From Desulfosoma sp. (GTDB lineage: Bacteria > Desulfobacterota > Syntrophobacteria > Syntrophobacterales > DSM-9756), in contig JBBFKW010000010.1 in the NCBI GenBank assembly GCA_037481835.1, positions 32,001 through 96,000 on the forward strand: a stretch of 64,000 nucleotides of DNA, written 5' to 3'. How positions within the stretch are numbered: position 1 is the first letter of the stretch; each line of letters starts with the position of its first letter. Positions 57,320 to 64,000 of this stretch are shown here, piece after piece. The position numbers were made by a program, and so were the translations under genes. The notes below the pieces were generated by a model that was not told the origin of the DNA, searched no databases, and saw nothing but the letters and a program-made list of their open reading frames with translations.

Positions 57320-58544
57320 ATTGGGGGCCCGTGTTGTCCAGGACCCATCGCTCGATGCGGTCCATGGCCTCATCCAGCTCTTCTTCCGTTCCCCCGAAGC
57401 TCAACCGCACATGCCCCTCCCCTCCCGGCCCGAAGGCGTTTCCCGGAATCGTGATGACCTTCGCCTCATGGAGCAGGCGCAGGGCGACGGTCATGGAATC
57501 GCCGGCCTGCGGCGGGGTCTTGACCATGACGTAATAGGCGCCCTGGGGTCGGATGTAGGAAAGGTACGGCGCCATGCGGTCCAGGCGCGAACAGACACGA
57601 TCCCGCCGGGACTGGAGGGTGTCGCGGAAATGCGCCACGCACTCCTGAGGGCCTTCCAGGGCGGCCAGGGCTGCCACCTGGGACGGGGTCGGGGCGCAAA
57701 TGGCGGCGGCATCATGCACCTTCATCACATGATCCAGAATGTCCCGGTCGGCCGTCACCGCGCCGACCCGCCATCCCGTCATGGCGTACTTTTTCGAAAA
57801 GCTGAAAATACCGATGACCTGGCGTCGCAGCTCGGGAACGGAAAGCACACTGAAGTAAGGAAGACCGTCGTAGGTGAGGAAATCGTAGGTTTCGTCGCAG
57901 ATGATGAAAAAGCCGTGTTTCAGGGCTAGTTCGGCCACCTCGCGCAGGACGTCCTCCGGGAAAACGGCTCCGGTGGGGTTGTGCGGGTGACACAGCACGA
58001 GGGCCTTTGTGCGCGGCGAAATCCTTTCGCCAAGGGCCGCCGGGTCCAATTGCCAGTCCTTCGGCTTCAAAGGGAAAAACACCGGTACGCCTTCGGCAAG
58101 GAGCACCTGTTCGATATGGGACGCGTAATTGGGCGAAGGCACGAGGACCTCGTCGCCGGGATCCACCAGCGTGAGCATGGCCGCGCACAGCCCTTCCATT
58201 GCCCCCACGGTGATGCAGACCTCGGTTTCGGGATCCACGTCAAGACCCCGTTCCCGATGCAGCGCGGCCGCAAAGGCCTGGCGCAGGGCGGGAAGTCCCG
58301 GCCCCAGCGTGTATTTTCCCGCCCAGGACTCATCCCGAAGGTGGCGGCACACCGCCTCCACGATGTGGTCGGGGGTGCGAAACGACGGAATCCCCTGCCC
58401 CAAGGAGACACACCCGGGAACGTTCTGGGCCAAAAGGGGCATTTCTTTGATGGCGGAGACGGCGATCCCGCGGACTCTTCGGCTGATGCCCTCCTCTCGG
58501 TATCGTTTCCCCGCTGCCTCAAGCGCCGATCTCTTCAAAACCAC
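57318..58544 (-). CDS. PLP-dependent aminotransferase class I/II
   Basis: SLGQG, PHNPTG, DETY, SFSKKYAMTGWRVG, VRLSF. Confidence 0.9.
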   Translation of the reverse strand: MVLKRSALEAAGKRYREEGISRRVRGIAVSAIKEMPLLAQNVPGCVSLGQGIPSFRTPDHIVEAVCRHLRDESWAGKYTLGPGLPALRQAFAAALHRERGLDVDPETEVCITVGAMEGLCAAMLTLVDPGDEVLVPSPNYASHIEQVLLAEGVPVFFPLKPKDWQLDPAALGERISPRTKALVLCHPHNPTGAVFPEDVLREVAELALKHGFFIICDETYDFLTYDGLPYFSVLSVPELRRQVIGIFSFSKKYAMTGWRVGAVTADRDILDHVMKVHDAAAICAPTPSQVAALAALEGPQECVAHFRDTLQSRRDRVCSRLDRMAPYLSYIRPQGAYYVMVKTPPQAGDSMTVALRLLHEAKVITIPGNAFGPGGEGHVRLSFGGTEEELDEAMDRIERWVLDNTGPQ

Positions 58545-58658
58545 GTATTGGACCCCTCCGTTTCTCTTTTTCCGAAGCCCTCCATTGCCCCCCTAACGGT
58601 CATGGCGAGGCTCGCCACGCCGCATCGATGAAAGATGTCGACAAGCGAGGGTTTTCCC

Positions 58659-58710
58659 TGTAGGAGCCGGCTCCCCGGCGATGCGGATCGCTGCCGAGGC
58701 CGCTCCTACA
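58659..58710. repeat. Second GTAG-family REP doublet
   Basis: tgtaggagccggctccccggcgat..atcgctgccgaggccgctcctaca, inverted pair. Confidence 0.65.
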
Positions 58711-58899
58711 AGACTCCGAGAGCGCCATTCTTTTACATTGACCCCCATGGCGGGCCGCCCGTGACAACGAAGAATGAAAGTCTTGTAGTTACGGTATGTT
58801 ACAGAGACTTTCATGTAAAAGATTCTCGGACAAGCTCCAGGGGTTCGAGTTTCATCCTTCGTTGTGAGACCGAGACGTGCGAGCGTATGCCCGGTTTTT

Positions 58900-58991
58900 G
58901 TTGGGGTTCGCTGCGCTCACCCCAACCTACAGTCGGCGGCCCAAAATGTTCAATAAACTCGTAGGTTGGGGTGAGCGGAGCGAACCCCAAC
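58900..58991. repeat. GTAG-family REP doublet with 30-bp spacer
   Basis: 58900-58930 (minus) and 58961-58991 (plus). Confidence 0.88.
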
Positions 58992-59258
58992 CCAGATCAA
59001 TATCCGGCAAGACAACGAACCATGAAAGTCCTGCCCTGCCGGATTCCAACCGCGACTTTCACATTAACCCGATCCGCTTGTCCATCAGAGCGGCTTGGCC
59101 GCGGCTTCATTGAACCCCACGGCCGGCTCCCGCTCATTCTCGTCTAACCCTTTCCATGGGGGCTCAGCGCGGGCAAAAGGGACTTTCCCACATCATCCAG
59201 TGCCGGCCGTTGCCCGATCCACCGGGGTACGACAACAAGGCCGGGAAAGCTCCACGGC

Positions 59259-60674
59259 TCAAAGCGCCATGTCCCATGGAAAGATCTTTCCCGGGTTTAG
59301 CACAAAATTGGGGTCGAAGAGGCGCTTCAAGCCCATCTGTACGCGAATGCTTTCCGGTTGCAGTTCCATGGCCAGAAAGCGCTGCTTGGCCACTCCCACT
59401 CCGTGTTCGCCGGAAATGGTCCCGCCGCGGCGCAGCACCTCGGCGAGCACGGCCCGAACCCCTTCTTCCACCCGCTGCGGCCGGCATTCTCGGCATGCCG
59501 TGATGTTCAAATGGATGTTTCCGTCTCCCGCGTGGCCGAAGCAGTAAATCTTCAAGTCGAACCGGTCTTCCACTTCCGGAATGCACTGGATGAATCCGGC
59601 AATTTCCCCCAGCGGGACGACCACGTCTTCAGGAATGTAGACCGCGGCGCTGTGTTCGATGCGAAGCGACACCTCCCTCCGAACGGCCCACATGCGTTCC
59701 CGCTTGGCCGTATCGGGCGCCATGAGCACCTCTTGGGCGCCGCGTTCCAGGCACACCATCCCCATGCGTTCGATTTCCCGGCCGATGACCTCGGGATGTC
59801 CGTCCGCTTCCACGAGAAGGAACGACCCGGCGCCCTGCGCTTCTTCAAACGGCAGAAGATCGCCGACCAGTTCCAGGCAGCGGTGATCGAGGAATTCGAC
59901 GGCGGAGGGCACCAGCCCGGCGTTCAGGATGCCCGTGACGGCGTTCATGGCCTGGGTCATGTCCGGAAAAAGGGCCACCAGGGTTGTCACGGCGGGAGGA
60001 TGGGGAATGAGTTTCAAAATGAGCTTGGTGATGACGCCCAACGTCCCTTCGGAGCCCACAATGAGGCGCGTGAGATCGTAGCCGACAACGCCTTTGCGGG
60101 TGAGCACGCCGGTGCGGATCAGGGACCCCGTGGGAAGGACCACGTGGAGGCCCAAGACGTAATCGCGGGTCACGCCGTACTTGACGCACGAAGGCCCTCC
60201 GGCGTTGGTGGCGGCGTTTCCCCCGATGCTGCACGTCTCCACGCTGGCCGGATCGGGGGGATAGTAGAGCCCTTGGGCTTTGACCGCCCGTTTCAAATCG
60301 GCGGTCACCACGCCGGGCTCCACCACGGCCACCAAGTTTACCGGATCCACGGCGAGGATGCGGTTCATGGCCGAGAGGTTGAGCACCACACCTCCGTGGA
60401 TGGGACTCGCCCCGCCGGCCAAACCCGTACCCATGCCGCGGGGCGTCACGGGAATGCGGTATCGATTGGCCAGTTCCATGAGCCGCACCACGTGGTCCTC
60501 GCAGCGCGCCGTGACCACGACTTCCGGGGCGCCTCGGGTGTGGGAGGCGTCCTCGGCGCATTCGGCCAGCTTGTCCGGATGCGTTGAGACCGCCTCCTCA
60601 CCCAGGGCGTGGCGCAGGGCTTCGAGAATTTCGGGCGTGAGCGCCGAGTAGGCATAATGATTCTTGTCTTTCAC
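59259..60674 (-). CDS. FAD-linked oxidase, GlcD/D-lactate dehydrogenase family
   Basis: PRGMGTGLAGG, YPPDPAS, IGGN, GSEGTLG, GHAGDGNIH, SGEHGVG, LNPGK. Confidence 0.9.
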   Translation of the reverse strand: MKDKNHYAYSALTPEILEALRHALGEEAVSTHPDKLAECAEDASHTRGAPEVVVTARCEDHVVRLMELANRYRIPVTPRGMGTGLAGGASPIHGGVVLNLSAMNRILAVDPVNLVAVVEPGVVTADLKRAVKAQGLYYPPDPASVETCSIGGNAATNAGGPSCVKYGVTRDYVLGLHVVLPTGSLIRTGVLTRKGVVGYDLTRLIVGSEGTLGVITKLILKLIPHPPAVTTLVALFPDMTQAMNAVTGILNAGLVPSAVEFLDHRCLELVGDLLPFEEAQGAGSFLLVEADGHPEVIGREIERMGMVCLERGAQEVLMAPDTAKRERMWAVRREVSLRIEHSAAVYIPEDVVVPLGEIAGFIQCIPEVEDRFDLKIYCFGHAGDGNIHLNITACRECRPQRVEEGVRAVLAEVLRRGGTISGEHGVGVAKQRFLAMELQPESIRVQMGLKRLFDPNFVLNPGKIFPWDMAL

Positions 60675-60823
60675 TGGGAATCTCTTCCGAACAGGGGTTT
60701 GCACCATGGGCAGGCGGTGTGGCCGGGGCACGGGACGCCGTGCCCCGAAGGTGTCGGAGAGCCCAAAGGATGGGGGCCGAAGCCCTCCGGTCTCCCGGCT
60801 CAGGGCCGGCGTCAAAGGAAGGT

Positions 60824-61579
60824 CTAGAGCTGGTACTTTTCTTTGAGCTCCTGCCACTTGGGCGACTTCATGAGTTTCTGCAGGCCCTCGTTCAGGAGAT
60901 TCAGAAGTTCTGTATCTCCCTTTCGGACCCCGTAGGCGAAGGTCTCTTCGGGCATGCCGAAAGTGCCCAAGATTTTCAAGGGTTTTTCCCGGACGACTTC
61001 GTGGGCCGGCGCATCGTCCATGGAGGCGGCGATGATCCGGCCGTTGAGCACGTCCTCGGCGGCCAAGGGGCCCGAATCATAATAGACCAGCTCAAAGTTC
61101 TTGCCCTTGTCGATGAGGTTTTCCTTCATCCATTTGGCTTCCGAGGTACCCCGCTGGACCCCCACCTTGTTGCCGTTGCCCAGGACCTGATCCACCGTGA
61201 GCTGCGCGTCCTTCTTGACGACCAGGACCTGCTTGATTTCCCAGTAAGGAATGGTGAAATCGATCTGCTTCTTCCGCTCTTCGGTGACGCTGAGCCCCGA
61301 AGCGATGACGTCGATCTTTCGCGCCGTGAGGCTCGGAATGATGGCGTCCCAATCGATGGCTTTGTGCTCGACCTTAAAGCCCATCTGCTGGGCGATCCAA
61401 TTCAGCGCTTCCACATCGAAGCCGGCGGGCTTGCCGTCTTTGTCGATGTAGGCGAAAGGCGGGAAATTGGCGTCGATGCCGTTGATGTAAACCTTGTCCG
61501 CAGCCTGGACGCCGCCACCGAACACGCCCGCCATCACCGTCAGAACCACCAGAACCGCACACCAAAGACTTCGTCGCAT
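60824..61579 (-). CDS. Amino acid ABC transporter substrate-binding protein
   Basis: Signal peptide, FPPF, GFDVE, TEERKKQIDFT.PY, GVQRGT. Confidence 0.9.
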   Translation of the reverse strand: MRRSLWCAVLVVLTVMAGVFGGGVQAADKVYINGIDANFPPFAYIDKDGKPAGFDVEALNWIAQQMGFKVEHKAIDWDAIIPSLTARKIDVIASGLSVTEERKKQIDFTIPYWEIKQVLVVKKDAQLTVDQVLGNGNKVGVQRGTSEAKWMKENLIDKGKNFELVYYDSGPLAAEDVLNGRIIAASMDDAPAHEVVREKPLKILGTFGMPEETFAYGVRKGDTELLNLLNEGLQKLMKSPKWQELKEKYQL

Positions 61580-61690
61580 GCTTTCTCCTCCTTTTTCCAG
61601 TCCTCACCCACTCCGTACCGCACGTCCTTTTTCATTCCCGTTTCGGGCCTCTCCACACCCTGCCGCCCGCAGACGATTCATGGAAGCACA

Positions 61691-61999
61691 TCATTCTTCC
61701 TCGGCCTCGGCCTCCCACCATTCATGGCACGCCTCTTCAATGGCCTCCCGGACCACAGGATCCACCTCGTGGCGCAGCCCCCACGCCATGTCCACCCATT
61801 CTTCCATGAGGCGGTGCGCTTCCGCCTCCTGGCCCCCGTCGTCCAGATCGCTCACCACGTCCATGAGGGCGGCCAAGGCCTCGCCCACGGGACGGGGCCC
61901 GTCGCTGGAGGCGAGCACGACCCCGGCTCGAGTGTATTCCCACGCCAACAGGCCTTTATCGGGCTGCCACGTCCATGTGATGCGCTTCTTCCGAGCCAT
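61691..61999 (-). CDS. Hypothetical protein
   Basis: 102-aa ORF with gagg RBS, same strand as neighbours. Confidence 0.65.
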   Translation of the reverse strand: MARKKRITWTWQPDKGLLAWEYTRAGVVLASSDGPRPVGEALAALMDVVSDLDDGGQEAEAHRLMEEWVDMAWGLRHEVDPVVREAIEEACHEWWEAEAEEE

Positions 62000-62044
62000 G
62001 CAACATCCTCTCAAACCCTGCTCGGCGCACAGCCGGCTCTCACC

Positions 62045-62866
62045 TTACCTCCCGGCTCCATTGCCGTCGTCCTCAAGACTCAAAATGCCCTTGGCCATGG
62101 CTAGAGCTTCGTCCACCGCCTCCACAACGTCGGGGTCATCGCTGTGTTTCAGCGGCTCCAAGACGTCCGGCGCCCTTTCCGGCATGACGGTCGCCACCGC
62201 CTCGATGGTGGCAAACAGGAGGTCCTCGTCGATTTCGTCGGAATCCAAAATTTCTTCCAGGACCGGAGCGGCTTCCGGAATGCCCCAGGCCCCGGCGGCG
62301 CACACGGCCTGGTAGAGGATGTCCGGATCGCGAGATTTCAAGGCCTCCAGGATCTCTCGGTCGAAGCCCTGGATCCAGCGCATGGCGAAAACCGCCGTGA
62401 GCTTCCAGTTGTCGTCTTTGGAGGCATAGGCGGAAGCGACCGCCTCACGGTGCCATTCCTGAGGGGCCCGCACCGACCCTTCCAGGACACTGCGGCGCAC
62501 TTCCGTCGGCGTGCGGGGATCGTGATAGAGTTCGTAAAACTTTTGTTGAATCTTTTGGAAAGTCGCCTCGGAAATCGGATCCTCCTCGGGATCTTCAAAT
62601 CCTTCCACATCGGCGTATTCCAGGGCCGAACCCAAAGCCACGGCGGCTGTCCCTCGAAGGGAAGGATCTTCGCTGGAATCTTCGACGATGTTCAAGAGCG
62701 CTTCGGCGACGCCGTCGTCCATGACAGACACATCGGAAAGGAGCTCGGCGGCCATATCGCGCTCTTCCGCCGCGGCCGCACGGTTTTGCAGCAGGGCCAA
62801 GAGCTTTTCCTTGGTGCCTTCGGGCCACTCCCAAGCCGGCATATCATAGAGGGCTTCCAAATCCAT
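62045..62866 (-). CDS. Acidic HEAT-repeat protein
   Basis: Repeated R..AA.ALG / D.DV.EA..EAL patterns; aggag RBS. Confidence 0.75.
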   Translation of the reverse strand: MDLEALYDMPAWEWPEGTKEKLLALLQNRAAAAEERDMAAELLSDVSVMDDGVAEALLNIVEDSSEDPSLRGTAAVALGSALEYADVEGFEDPEEDPISEATFQKIQQKFYELYHDPRTPTEVRRSVLEGSVRAPQEWHREAVASAYASKDDNWKLTAVFAMRWIQGFDREILEALKSRDPDILYQAVCAAGAWGIPEAAPVLEEILDSDEIDEDLLFATIEAVATVMPERAPDVLEPLKHSDDPDVVEAVDEALAMAKGILSLEDDGNGAGR

Positions 62867-63014
62867 AACGTCTCTCCTGAGCCTATGGGTTGAAGTGAAG
62901 AAGCTCTTCGCCACTGAAGCCGGAGCCCCTCCTCGAACGAAACGCATCCTACCTATCATAAATCCCAGAAAAACGGGTTGAAAAAGTGGCGTCCAAACGG
63001 CGCTCTTTTTTGGC

Positions 63015-63042
63015 TCAAGTTTCCCGCTTGTTTTGCCGAAAC
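63015..63042 (+). promoter_or_regulatory. Possible sigma-28 (FliA) promoter
   Basis: TCAAGTTT-N12-GCCGAAAC upstream of a putative chemoreceptor. Confidence 0.5.
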
Positions 63043-63129
63043 ACGGGATGAGCCTGCGTGCATGGGTTCGGGGGAAAGGACGAAAAGGCTCTGTTTCATG
63101 GAACCCTTGGAAACAAAGGAGTGGCGCCG

Positions 63130-64000
63130 ATGCATCTCAGCCTGAAAATGAAGCTCATGGTTTTCGCCGTCGCCTTGGTGGCCGTGCCGCTGGTCACCAA
63201 CACCGTGGCGAACACCTCCCTTTCCGTTTCTCAGTCCCGAGACATCTCCAAGTACGTAAGCAGGGTCCTGGAAGAAGACGCAGCACAATACCTGACGGCC
63301 CTCCTCGAAGCGGATCACGCCCTGGTGAGTACGGTCGTCTCAAAGGCGGAAGACGATGCGCGGCGCCTTGCCGCATCGCCCAATCTCCACAATTTTATCG
63401 CCACAAAGAAAGGAACCCGGTCGGAGGTGCGCGCCGCTGTGGAAGCCCAGGCCAAGGGCCTCCTCAGCCAAATCAAAGCCCTCTTCGATGCGGAACGCCA
63501 AGCCGTCTCACGCCAGCTCAAAAACGACATCAAGCTGGCCGAAGCCTTGGTGCAACGCTACGGGAAACCGGATTTGTCCGATACCCCGTACCGCTGGAAC
63601 GCCGTCAATCAATTCACCAAGGAAAGCCAGAGCGTGGAGCTGCCCTTGATGCGTTTGGGCTCGCAACTGCTCTATCCTGTGGACGCGTTCGAAACACGCT
63701 CCTTTGTCGTCGATGAACTCACCGAACTCACCGGAAGCACCTGCACCATTTTTCAGAAAATGAACGAGGCCGGAGACATGCTGCGCGTGGCCACCTCCGT
63801 GAAAAACCTCGAAGGAAAACGCGCCGTCGGAACCTTCATCCCCGCCGTCAACCCGGACGGCACACCCAACGCCGTTGTAACCACGGTTTCCTTGGGTACG
63901 CCGTACATGGGCCGGGCCTTCGTGGTCGACGATTGGTACCAGACCATCTACAAACCGCTCAAGAACCCCTTCGACGACATCATCGGGATGCTCTACGTGG
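63130..64000 (+). CDS. Cache_3-Cache_2 domain membrane receptor, probably MCP; runs off window
   Basis: MHLSLKMKL plus TM, later TCTIFQKMN..MLRVATSV..GKRAVGT.I..YMGRAFVVDDWY; absent from ORF track because no stop in window. Confidence 0.8.
   Translation, partial: MHLSLKMKLMVFAVALVAVPLVTNTVANTSLSVSQSRDISKYVSRVLEEDAAQYLTALLEADHALVSTVVSKAEDDARRLAASPNLHNFIATKKGTRSEVRAAVEAQAKGLLSQIKALFDAERQAVSRQLKNDIKLAEALVQRYGKPDLSDTPYRWNAVNQFTKESQSVELPLMRLGSQLLYPVDAFETRSFVVDELTELTGSTCTIFQKMNEAGDMLRVATSVKNLEGKRAVGTFIPAVNPDGTPNAVVTTVSLGTPYMGRAFVVDDWYQTIYKPLKNPFDDIIGMLYV

Overview
GC-rich bacterial chromosome segment, inferred from sat, the hdr cluster, sigma-54 regulators and gene content to come from a deltaproteobacterial (Desulfobacterota) sulfate reducer, possibly Syntrophobacteraceae-like. 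No rRNA, tRNA or true CRISPR was recognised. In order, it contains: (1) a 1.7-kb accessory patch bounded by IS/MITE-like inverted repeats, holding an MNT-HEPN toxin-antitoxin pair, a nitroreductase fragment and a group II intron remnant; (2) a Co/Ni ECF-type transporter operon whose sigma-70 promoter is followed by a structured ~125-nt leader ending in an intrinsic terminator, a candidate unrecognised metal riboswitch; (3) an RND adaptor plus outer-membrane factor with no inner-membrane pump; (4) a radical SAM / NadE-like / 2-hydroxyacyl-CoA dehydratase / sigma-54 activator cluster; (5) aroK, aroQ, an MFS transporter, fabH; (6) a PPDK-like dikinase whose pyruvate domain is replaced by an unknown domain; (7) an 11.6-kb Hdr-MvhD-polyferredoxin cluster containing FwdB- and FwdA-like proteins that appear to have lost catalytic residues, with no HdrB; (8) glpX, several two-component systems, a frameshifted Rrf2 regulator, sat and housekeeping genes, and the start of a Cache-domain receptor. 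Intergenic regions carry nested REP/MITE families, including a 65-bp-period array that mimics a CRISPR. All calls rest on motif recognition by eye; no database searches were run.
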